Shown here piece after piece: positions 46,454 through 53,856 of a stretch of 64,000 nt of DNA. The DNA lies in the NCBI GenBank assembly GCA_903959905.1, contig CAJBYO010000005.1:20674-84673 (forward strand), read 5' to 3'. Positions within the stretch are counted from its first letter, which is position 1. Each line of letters starts with the position of its first letter. Below the pieces are notes generated by a model that made no database searches, was not told where the DNA came from, and saw only the letters and a program-made list of their open reading frames with translations. Position numbers and translations under genes: made by a program. The stretch comes from an uncultured Bacteroidales bacterium. Its GTDB lineage: Bacteria > Bacteroidota > Bacteroidia > Bacteroidales > FEN-979.

Positions 46454-47446
46454 TTTTTTCAGATTCTTCCAGTACCATTCCACCGCAATTTCCAACCCCT
46501 GCTCAAGGTTATATTCGGGCTTATATCCCAGGATTGTCACGGCTTTTTCAATGGATGCATGGGAATGGGGGATGTCGCCTTTGCGGTTGGGGCTGCAGGT
46601 GACGGGTATGCCGGCGATCGCCGGGTCAAAAGCTGCAAGATATTTTTTCAGCAGGGCGGTAAGCTGGTTGAGGTCGTTACGTTCCCCCACGGCTGTGTTG
46701 AATACCTGGTTGATGGCCAGTGGGTTTGTTGTGATGGCGGCCAGGTGGTTCATCTGGACAACGTTGTCAACAAAGGTAAAGTCGCGGGAGTTGGTGCCGT
46801 CGCCGAAAATTCCGGGGGATTCATGGGCCATCAGCAACATGGTGAATTTTGGGATCACCGCGGCATACGCACCCTGTGGGTCCTGTTTCGGGCCGTAAAC
46901 GTTGAAATAACGCAGGCCGATGGTGTCCAGTCCGTAGTTGAGGGCAAATACATGGGCATAGAGTTCATTCACATATTTGGTGACGGCATAGGGTGAGAGC
47001 GGCATTCCGATGTTTTGTTCCACCTTGGGAAGGGTCTCCGAATCGCCGTAGGTGGAGGAACTTGCGGCATAAACAAACCGCCTGACACCAGCATCACGCG
47101 AGGCAACAAGCATGTTGAGAAAGCCCCCGACGTTGACCTCGTTTGTCGTAACAGGATCAATGATGGAGCGCGGAACCGATCCAAGCGCGGCTTCGTGCAG
47201 CACAATGTCTATGCCTTCCGCGGCTTTCCGGCAATCCTCAGGGTTCCTGATGTCGCCAACAATCAGCTTGAATTTAGGATGATCACTGAAGGCTGCCAGG
47301 TTCTCTATGCGACCGGTGGAGAAGTTATCAAGGCAGATCACTTCATTTTCATTCCTGAGCAGGTCTTCACAGAGATTTGACCCGATAAAACCGGCGCCGC
47401 CGGTGACGAGGATGCGGGAGGAGGTTATTTTAGGGTAAGGATACAA
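46445..47446 (-). CDS. tviC: NAD-dependent epimerase (TviC/WbpP-like UDP-GlcNAc(A) 4-epimerase)
   Basis: ILVTGGAGFIGSNLCEDLL, VICLDNFSTGR..NL, YAASSSTYGD, SPYAVTKY. The start is a TTG at 47446 lying on the boundary of a repeat arm. Confidence 0.85.
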   Translation of the reverse strand: MYPYPKITSSRILVTGGAGFIGSNLCEDLLRNENEVICLDNFSTGRIENLAAFSDHPKFKLIVGDIRNPEDCRKAAEGIDIVLHEAALGSVPRSIIDPVTTNEVNVGGFLNMLVASRDAGVRRFVYAASSSTYGDSETLPKVEQNIGMPLSPYAVTKYVNELYAHVFALNYGLDTIGLRYFNVYGPKQDPQGAYAAVIPKFTMLLMAHESPGIFGDGTNSRDFTFVDNVVQMNHLAAITTNPLAINQVFNTAVGERNDLNQLTALLKKYLAAFDPAIAGIPVTCSPNRKGDIPHSHASIEKAVTILGYKPEYNLEQGLEIAVEWYWKNLKKQF

Positions 47447-47610
47447 GTTTTAAGTTTTAAGTATTAAGATTTAAGGGGGTTTTGCTTTGAGGATATGGAG
47501 TTTAGGAGGCCGTGGGTGTTTTATTATAGTTCGTATCTTTTCAAGATTTCAGTCTTTTCAAACGCCCGATAAGCCCTACTTAAAACTTAAATCTTAAAAC
47601 TTAAAACTTC
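47445..47610. repeat. Cargo-less copy of the TTAAGTTT hairpin cassette with a remnant of the four-helix-bundle gene 5' end
   Basis: Arms 47445-47478 and 47574-47610 (~28/31 complementary). 47540-47576 (ttcaagatttcagtcttttcaaacgcccgataagccc) is homologous to 46390-46419, but the ATG is lost. Confidence 0.6.
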
Positions 47611-47612
47611 TT

Positions 47613-48953
47613 CTATACCCTTCCTGATATCTCGCTCCGGTCAACAATCCCTTTAATATCGTAAAGTACGGATGGGGTTTTTCGTAATTTTTTAAGGTTG
47701 AGTTTCTTGAACTTATCGTGGGCGACTGCGAGGATAACGGCGTCGTAGTGGGAAACGCGTGACGCGTGACGCGTGACAGGTGACGGTAGTTCAGTGAGAA
47801 GGTCAAGAGCATATTCATGTTTGACTTCGGCTGGGCTGGCCCAGGGGTCGTATATGTCGACCCGGCAGCCGTAGTCCTGCAGTTCGGTGATAACATCAAT
47901 GACTTTGGAGTTGCGGATGTCGGGGCAGTTCTCCTTAAACGTGATCCCGAGAACCAGCACATGACTTTTATTTACAGGGATCTCCTGCCTGATCATCAGT
48001 TTGACAACCTGACCTGCGATCCAGGCGCCCATCGTATCGTTCATCCTGCGACCCGCCAGGATAATCTCAGGATGATAACCGGCCTCCTGTGCCCTTTGGG
48101 CTAGATAGTATGGGTCAACGCCGATACAATGTCCGCCTACCAGGCCGGGTTTGAATTTAAGGAAGTTCCATTTGGTTCCGGCGGCTTCCAGCACATCACC
48201 AGTGTCAATTTTAAAGTGGCTGCATATCCTGGCGATCTCGTTCACGAACGCGATGTTGATGTCGCGCTGTGAATTTTCAATGACTTTCGCCATTTCAGCC
48301 ACCCTGATGGAGGCGGCCTTGAAAGTGCCGGCTTTTACGACGGTATTGTATAGGTCATCAACAAAGCTGGCTACCTGCGGGGTTGATCCGGAGGTGACTT
48401 TTCGGATGGTTGTGAAGGTATGTTCCTTGTCGCCCGGGTTGATCCTTTCGGGAGAATACCCGGCAAAAAAATCTTTGTTGAATTTCAAGCCGGAACTCTT
48501 TTCAATCATGGGGATGCAGTCATCTTCAGTACATCCCGGGTATACCGTTGATTCATAAATTACCACAGCGCCCCGTGAAATTACTTTGCCGATGGCTTCA
48601 CTCGCCTTGATCAGGGGTGTAAGATCCGGTCTGTTGTTCTTGTCGACCGGTGTGGGTACAGTGACAATGAATACGTTACATGCTTTCAGGTGATCCGGGT
48701 CTGACGTGATCAGTAACCCGTTGGCCGAGTTTTTATTTTTCTTTTCTGTCCGCAGCACAGATACGAGATTGTCGTCTGACACTTCCAGTGTTGAATCGTG
48801 GCCGTCGTTCAGTTCCCTGACTCTGCCGGCATTGATATCATAACCTGCAACCGGGAATTTCTTTGCGAATTCCACGGCCATGGGAAGTCCAACGTAACCA
48901 AGGCCGATAACGGCGATAACGGGTTCTTTGATGAGGGGGAGGGTTGGTGTCAT
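47613..48953 (-). CDS. tviB: Nucleotide-sugar dehydrogenase (TviB/WbpO-like UDP-GlcNAc/GalNAc 6-dehydrogenase)
   Basis: ATG 48953 (MTPTLPLIKEPVIAVIGLGYVGLPMAVEF). GGHCIGVDPYYL. The track extension to 49049 runs through a tandem-repeat leader. The C-terminal part contains an in-frame heptad array (47757-47784). Confidence 0.85.
   Translation of the reverse strand: MTPTLPLIKEPVIAVIGLGYVGLPMAVEFAKKFPVAGYDINAGRVRELNDGHDSTLEVSDDNLVSVLRTEKKNKNSANGLLITSDPDHLKACNVFIVTVPTPVDKNNRPDLTPLIKASEAIGKVISRGAVVIYESTVYPGCTEDDCIPMIEKSSGLKFNKDFFAGYSPERINPGDKEHTFTTIRKVTSGSTPQVASFVDDLYNTVVKAGTFKAASIRVAEMAKVIENSQRDINIAFVNEIARICSHFKIDTGDVLEAAGTKWNFLKFKPGLVGGHCIGVDPYYLAQRAQEAGYHPEIILAGRRMNDTMGAWIAGQVVKLMIRQEIPVNKSHVLVLGITFKENCPDIRNSKVIDVITELQDYGCRVDIYDPWASPAEVKHEYALDLLTELPSPVTRHASRVSHYDAVILAVAHDKFKKLNLKKLRKTPSVLYDIKGIVDRSEISGRV
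47757..47784. repeat. Four tandem heptamers (GCGTGAC x3, AGGTGAC) inside the tviB coding sequence
   Basis: Read directly. On the - strand they encode ..PVTRHASRV.. within the C-terminal part of TviB. Confidence 0.8.
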
Positions 48954-48961
48954 AAGGATGA

Positions 48962-49038
48962 GCTGATGTGTTAACGTGTTGATATGCTGATGTGTTGATG
49001 AACTGATAGCTAATGGCTGACAGCTGACAGCTGACAGC
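48962..49038. repeat. Tandem short-unit repeats in the tviB leader (GCTGATGTGTT x2, GCTGACA x3)
   Basis: 48962-48972 and 48986-48996; 49016-49038 gctgacagctgacagctgacagc. Confidence 0.75.
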
Positions 49039-49107
49039 TTCCAGGGCATAGCTTCGCCCGGTCGGTCACAGGGCCAATACCAAGTATCAAAGATTTTTTA
49101 CTGATGG

Positions 49108-49115
49108 CAAAGTTA
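49108..49115 (-). promoter_or_regulatory. Bacteroidota -7 box (TAnnTTTG) for the tviB operon
   Basis: The reverse complement reads taactttg. The ~150-nt leader would contain the tandem GCTGACA/GCTGATG units. Confidence 0.3.
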
Positions 49116-49139
49116 ATTATTTTGAAGGGCTGGCAAATG

Positions 49140-49718
49140 CTAATAGTTTGATTCGCGCATTTGCATGTAGGCTTTCGGGTGTAGGCACGCGGGGCAGTTT
49201 TCGAGCGCTTTCTCCGACTCATACACATAGCCGCAATTGAGGCATTTCCACCACACTTTGCCATCTTTCATGAACACTTTGTCTTCTGAAACATTCTGCA
49301 GCAGTTTAAGATATCGGCGTTCATGTTCAGCCTCAACTTTTGCGATCATTTTAAATGCGGTGGCTACTTCCATGAAACCTTCCTCTTTTGCAACTTCGGC
49401 AAAATGGGGGTAGAGTTCAACCCACTCTTCGTGTTCGCCCTCGGCGGCAGCTTTCAGGTTTTCCTTTGTGGTGCCGATGATGCCGGCAGGGAACCCGGCT
49501 GTGATTTCGGTCAGACCTCCCTCAAGGAATTTGAAAAACCTCTTTGCATGTTCCTTCTCCTGGTTTGAAGTTTCCATGAAGATGGCAGCAATTTGCTCAT
49601 ATCCTTCCTTTTTTGCCACACTGGCGAAAAATTCGTAGCGGTTGCGCGCCTGCGATTCACCGGCAAAAGCCTTGAGCAGGTTAAGTTCGGTGAGAGTCCC
49701 TTTAAGTGATTTTGACAT
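49140..49718 (-). CDS. rbr: Rubrerythrin
   Basis: Ferritin-like E..E..H pairs plus a C-terminal rubredoxin CxxC...CxxC (CLNCGY..CPAC). Confidence 0.9.
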   Translation of the reverse strand: MSKSLKGTLTELNLLKAFAGESQARNRYEFFASVAKKEGYEQIAAIFMETSNQEKEHAKRFFKFLEGGLTEITAGFPAGIIGTTKENLKAAAEGEHEEWVELYPHFAEVAKEEGFMEVATAFKMIAKVEAEHERRYLKLLQNVSEDKVFMKDGKVWWKCLNCGYVYESEKALENCPACLHPKAYMQMRESNY

Positions 49719-49741
49719 AGTGTTGGGTTTTAGTGAAAGGA

Positions 49742-49873
49742 ATTTACGATTGGACGATTGAGAGATTGCAGATTGAATTGTTAAATTTCCGATTGACGAT
49801 TGATAGCGCTATCAATCGTAGATCATCAATCGTTAAATTCAATCTGCAATCTCTCAATCGTCTAATCGTAAAT
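49742..49873. repeat. 132-nt near-perfect palindrome (TTTACGATTG-type units)
   Basis: 49742-49779 pairs with 49836-49873 (38 nt, 1 G.T). Central palindrome tgatagcgctatca is centred at 49807/49808. The element ends 3 nt before the pspC stop codon. Confidence 0.8.
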
Positions 49874-49876
49874 CAA

Positions 49877-50074
49877 TTAGTTTCTTGTCGGTTCTTCCGG
49901 AATAATGATCCACGATATCAGGTAGGCGAGGAATCCCATTCCAAAGGCAAAAAATGAAACTGCCCAGAGTACCCTTACGAGCACCGGGTCGAGGGTGAAA
50001 AAGTTTCCAAGTCCGCCGCATACCCCGCCAAGGATGCGGTCGTTTTTTGAACGGTAAAGTCTTTTTGGTTCCAT
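49877..50074 (-). CDS. pspC: PspC-domain membrane protein
   Basis: From ATG 50074: MEPKRLYRSKNDRILGGVCGGLGNFFTLDPVLVRVLW followed by a TM segment. Confidence 0.7.
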   Translation of the reverse strand: MEPKRLYRSKNDRILGGVCGGLGNFFTLDPVLVRVLWAVSFFAFGMGFLAYLISWIIIPEEPTRN

Positions 50075-50211
50075 GGTGATATGATAATTTGAATGTGATT
50101 GATTGAGGGTTAGATGCACCTTCATTTTATCCGTTACAAATCTAATCAAATAAATTATTTGTTTTATGGGGCAGTCAAGCCATGGGTAAATGGCATTCTC
50201 AAAAGTTTTTT

Positions 50212-50298
50212 TACCGCAGAGGCGCAGAGTCGCAGAGGATTTTGGTATTGTTTATAATAAAGTTGAATCTGCTTTGCGTATCTGCGTCTCTGCGGTTA
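50212..50298. repeat. ACCGCAGAG...CTCTGCGGT hairpin element
   Basis: Left arm taccgcagaggcgcagagtcgcagagg at 50212-50238; right arm tctgctttgcgtatctgcgtctctgcggtta at 50268-50298. Confidence 0.7.
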
Positions 50299-50329
50299 TT
50301 AAAAATAATTGCCATTTGAGACAACCTGT

Positions 50330-50337
50330 TACATTTG
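50330..50337 (+). promoter_or_regulatory. Bacteroidota -7 box (TAnnTTTG)
   Basis: tacatttg, ending 14 nt upstream of ATG 50351. Confidence 0.45.
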
Positions 50338-50350
50338 CAAAAAAAACATC

Positions 50351-50683
50351 ATGGAGTGGATTGAAAAATTAGACGGCAATGTGATCGTCAGCGATGCGCA
50401 GGGAAAGATCATTTACATGAATGAAAAAGCACTTGCCCATTATGAGAAGGACGGAGGCAGCACCCTGATCGGGCAGGACCTGCTTGAATGCCATAATGAA
50501 GCATCCCGAAAGAAGATCATGGAAATAATGACAAGCGGGGAGAAGAATGTTTATACCATCGAAAAGCGCGGGCAGAAGAAAATCATATACCAGTCGCCGT
50601 GGTTCAGGGATGGCGAATTCAGGGGAATTATCGAGCTTTCACTCGTAATTCCCGCTGAAATGCCTCATTTTGTAAGGGGATAA
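50351..50683 (+). CDS. Small PAS-domain protein
   Basis: ATG 50351 lies 14 nt after a -7 box. The ..VIVSDAQGKIIYMNEKA..H....GG..LIGQDL..CH pattern is PAS-like. Confidence 0.6.
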   Translation: MEWIEKLDGNVIVSDAQGKIIYMNEKALAHYEKDGGSTLIGQDLLECHNEASRKKIMEIMTSGEKNVYTIEKRGQKKIIYQSPWFRDGEFRGIIELSLVIPAEMPHFVRG

Positions 50684-50685
50684 TG

Positions 50686-52761
50686 TTATTTGGCTGCCTT
50701 CTTTTCGTCGGCGATCTTCTTTAACACATCATCCTGGAGTTGTTTTGGAAGCGGGGTGTATTTGAAGAACTCCATGGAGTAGTTGGCGCGTCCGCTGGAA
50801 ATATTCCGCAACTGGGTTGCATAACCGAACATCTCCATCAGGGGAACAAAAGCATTCACTTTCTGTGATCCCTTCCTGTGACGGCGCATGGCTTCAATCT
50901 TGCCACGTCGGCGGTTCAGGTTGCCCACCACATCGCCGATGTATTCGTCGGGGGTGTTCACCTCCACTTTCATCATCGGTTCAAGGAGTACGGGGTCAGC
51001 TTTCATAAAGCCTTGCTTGAAGCCGATGGAAGCACAGGTCTGGAAGGCCATGTCGGAGCTGTCGACCGGGTGGAAACTGCCGTCGAGCAGCACCACTTTC
51101 ACGTCAACAACAGGGTACCCGGCAAGTACGCCGCGTTCCAGTGTTTTAAGGATCCCTTTATTAACAGATGGGATATATTCCGCAGGAATGTTTCCGCCCT
51201 TGATCTTTTCAACGAACTCATAACCGTTTCCTTCGTTCGGCTCCATGCGCATGAGGACATGGGCAAACTGGCCTTTACCCCCTGTTTGTTTGGAGTGCTT
51301 GTAGTTGGTTTCAACCTCGCTGGTGATGGTTTCACGGAAAGCAACGGCAGGTTCTCCCACAATGGCTTCAACCTTGAATTCAGTGAGCAGGCGGTCGACC
51401 ATGATCTCCAGGTGAAGTTCACCCATGCCGGAGATCACTGTTTCTTCGGTTTCTTCATCAAAACGAACATTGAAGGAAGGGTCTTCCATCGTCAGTTTAT
51501 GAAGCGCTTCGCCAAGTTTTCCCAGGTCGGCACGTTTTGCCGGGTTGATCTTGAGCTCAATAACACTGGGCGGAACGTGGATGGTTTCAAGCAGCAGGCG
51601 ATGTTCGTCACTGCACAAGGTATCCCCGGTTTTGGTCACTTTCATGCCGATGAGGGCAACAATGTCGCCGGGGCCTGCCTCGGAGATCTCCTCACGGTCT
51701 TTGGCATGGATGCGGAAAATACGGCCTACACGTTCGTGTTTACCTTTTGTGGCATTGTAAACCTGCATACCGCTTCTGACGGTGCCGGAAAAGATCCGGG
51801 TGAATGTTTGCTGGCCTACGAACGGGTCGTGGATCAGTTTGAAGGCGAGTGCAGAAAAAGGTTCTTTCGGAGAAGGATGTATGGTGTGAAGCTTTTCGGG
51901 ATCGTCAAGGTCGGTACCGGTTACGGCGCCAACATCAATCGGAGAAGGAAGGTAGTCAACGACTGAATCGAGGAGCATCTGAACGCCTTTGTTTTTGTAG
52001 GCAGCACCGCAGAATACCGGTGTGATCAGCAGTTTGAGGGTTGCCTCGCGAAGTGCTTTTTTCATCAGTTCCGGAGCCACCTCTTTATCTTCCATGAAGA
52101 GATCCATCATCTCATCATTGAACTCGGCCAGTTTTTCAACTGCCCAGGCGCGTGCCTCTTCGGTTTTTTGTTTGTATTCTTCCGGAATTTCGGTTTCAAT
52201 CTGCTCCATTTCCTGGAACATGTAGGCCTTGCGAAAGATGATATCAATGATCCCGGTGAAGTGTTCTTCAGCACCCATCGGAAGGTGGAACGGAACTGCG
52301 TTGGCGTCAAGGTATTTGTTCATCTGGGCAACGACAGCGGGGAAATCGGCACCTGTGCGATCCATCTTGTTGATGAAGGCAAAGCGGGGCACCCGGTAGC
52401 GGTCGGCCTGGTTCCATACCGTTTCACTCTGGGGTTCCACACCGCCAACGGCGCAGAACACGGCAACCATTCCATCAATTACACGCAGGGAGCGCTCCAC
52501 CTCGATGGTGAAGTCAACGTGGCCCGGGGTGTCAATGAGGTTGATCTGGTGGCCTTTCCATGCACAGGTGATGGCGGCGGAGGCAATGGTGATCCCACGC
52601 TCCTGTTCCTGCTTCATGAAGTCCATGGTGGCAGCTCCGTCGTGGACCTCGCCCATCTTGCGGTTTGTACCTGAAAAGAACAGGATACGTTCGGTAACAG
52701 TAGTCTTTCCGGCATCAATGTGCGCCGCAATTCCTATATTTCTAAACTTGTTTAATGGCAT
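50686..52761 (-). CDS. fusA: Elongation factor G family GTPase (stand-alone copy, not in a str operon within this window)
   Basis: ATG 52761: [34 protein letters not shown]. Full five-domain length. A -7 box lies at 52787-52794. Confidence 0.9.
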   Translation of the reverse strand: MPLNKFRNIGIAAHIDAGKTTVTERILFFSGTNRKMGEVHDGAATMDFMKQEQERGITIASAAITCAWKGHQINLIDTPGHVDFTIEVERSLRVIDGMVAVFCAVGGVEPQSETVWNQADRYRVPRFAFINKMDRTGADFPAVVAQMNKYLDANAVPFHLPMGAEEHFTGIIDIIFRKAYMFQEMEQIETEIPEEYKQKTEEARAWAVEKLAEFNDEMMDLFMEDKEVAPELMKKALREATLKLLITPVFCGAAYKNKGVQMLLDSVVDYLPSPIDVGAVTGTDLDDPEKLHTIHPSPKEPFSALAFKLIHDPFVGQQTFTRIFSGTVRSGMQVYNATKGKHERVGRIFRIHAKDREEISEAGPGDIVALIGMKVTKTGDTLCSDEHRLLLETIHVPPSVIELKINPAKRADLGKLGEALHKLTMEDPSFNVRFDEETEETVISGMGELHLEIMVDRLLTEFKVEAIVGEPAVAFRETITSEVETNYKHSKQTGGKGQFAHVLMRMEPNEGNGYEFVEKIKGGNIPAEYIPSVNKGILKTLERGVLAGYPVVDVKVVLLDGSFHPVDSSDMAFQTCASIGFKQGFMKADPVLLEPMMKVEVNTPDEYIGDVVGNLNRRRGKIEAMRRHRKGSQKVNAFVPLMEMFGYATQLRNISSGRANYSMEFFKYTPLPKQLQDDVLKKIADEKKAAK

Positions 52762-52786
52762 ATTGTATTGATTTTTTAAGGGGGTG

Positions 52787-52794
52787 CAAAGGTA
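52787..52794 (-). promoter_or_regulatory. Bacteroidota -7 box (TAnnTTTG) for the EF-G gene
   Basis: The reverse complement reads tacctttg, 26 nt upstream of ATG 52761. Confidence 0.4.
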
Positions 52795-52858
52795 CAATAA
52801 TATTCTGAACTACAGCAAGAAGGCAATATTAAATTATCGTTAACACTAAAAAGAAGGG

Positions 52859-52882
52859 ATTTACGATCGTCCAATCGTAAAT
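52859..52882. repeat. Mini hairpin of the TTTACGAT family
   Basis: atttacgat 52859-52867 / atcgtaaat 52874-52882. Overlaps the -7 box of the K+ channel gene. Confidence 0.6.
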
Positions 52883-52885
52883 TTG
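52878..52885 (+). promoter_or_regulatory. Bacteroidota -7 box (TAnnTTTG) for the K+ channel gene
   Basis: taaatttg, 33 nt upstream of ATG 52918. Confidence 0.35.
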
Positions 52886-52917
52886 CTTTACTTTGTTTAC
52901 CAATCATAGCAGCACAG

Positions 52918-53781
52918 ATGAGTTTTCGATTTAAAACCCGCGAAGTCCTCCTGTTCATCCTGATCTCCCTCGCTGTATACATTGTATTCATCTTCGGTTT
53001 TGCATGGATCTATTACTCGACAGGAAGCATTGAGATGACGCCCTACACTACACCATACAACCATCCGTCGGCATCCCCGGTTTCGGAAAAGATCAACTTT
53101 GAAAAAGCAGTGTACTTCAGCATCGTATCTTTTCATACGATCGGGTTTGGCGACATACATCCGAATACCCAATTGGGGAGGCAGGTAGTGATGGTGCAGT
53201 CAACGCTTTCCCTGTTTTTTACCGCCATCTTCTCAGGATTCCTGGTGTATTTTGTGATCAAGCGGCCACAGGATGTGTTTACCACTAAAAAGGTTTATAT
53301 CCGCATTCGGAAGGACCGGTATATCCTTTCACTCCGTTTAGGGAACAAGGGGCGCGACATCATTGACCTGAAGAGCAAATTTGAGGCCTGGACCATTGAA
53401 AACAACACCCGGGTGCGTGCTTTCCGCTACGAGGAAGAGCTGCCCGACCTGGAGAAGATACTTTATTATGACCTGGATCTTGACAGTGATGACAACCGGA
53501 GTCTGCGAATAGCAATTAACGATGCCCTTCTCAACGGAACCCTGCTTCACATGAAGTTCTCGTTTATCGGCAACGATATGAAAACAGGTGAACAGGTTGC
53601 ATTTGCCAAGTATTACGATTCACGGCACCTGAGTTTCGGCAAAATGTTCCTGAACGTTTATTCCTGGGATACCAACGGCAGGAGAAAGAACTTCCGGTGG
53701 GGTAATTTTGAGCGGATAGAGGCCATGGAGAAGGAAAAAGTTGCGGGATTTGCAGGCAAGGTACAAGTTACAAATGACTAA
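52918..53781 (+). CDS. Two-TM potassium channel with beta-rich cytoplasmic C-terminal domain (KirBac-like)
   Basis: Selectivity filter SFHTIGFGD between two TM helices. A ~170-aa C-terminal domain follows. The last 5 codons lie in a repeat arm. Confidence 0.75.
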   Translation: MSFRFKTREVLLFILISLAVYIVFIFGFAWIYYSTGSIEMTPYTTPYNHPSASPVSEKINFEKAVYFSIVSFHTIGFGDIHPNTQLGRQVVMVQSTLSLFFTAIFSGFLVYFVIKRPQDVFTTKKVYIRIRKDRYILSLRLGNKGRDIIDLKSKFEAWTIENNTRVRAFRYEEELPDLEKILYYDLDLDSDDNRSLRIAINDALLNGTLLHMKFSFIGNDMKTGEQVAFAKYYDSRHLSFGKMFLNVYSWDTNGRRKNFRWGNFERIEAMEKEKVAGFAGKVQVTND

Positions 53782-53852
53782 TTACAAATGGCGGAGGAAA
53801 CTAACCGGGTCGGAAAGCTCCCCACTTGTCATTTGTAATTAGTCACTTGTAA
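53768..53852. repeat. Hairpin between convergent K+ channel and msrAB genes
   Basis: ttacaaatgactaattacaaatg at 53768-53790 vs catttgtaattagtcacttgtaa at 53830-53852 (22/23 complementary). The left arm contains the channel stop codon. Confidence 0.75.
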
Positions 53853-53856
53853 TTTC

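Noticed and set aside
50878-51966. 362-aa ORF on the + strand, plus other long antisense ORFs (5324..6001, 10124..10879, 18947..19525, 21006..21584, 23068..23640, 36707..37234, 56424..57143).
   Set aside because: Each lies entirely antisense to a gene with strong family motifs (EF-G, T9SS protein, response regulator, PreT, DUF1295, TsaC, L,D-transpeptidase, EF-G paralog). Their sequences are low-complexity with no recognisable domains, as expected for shadow ORFs.
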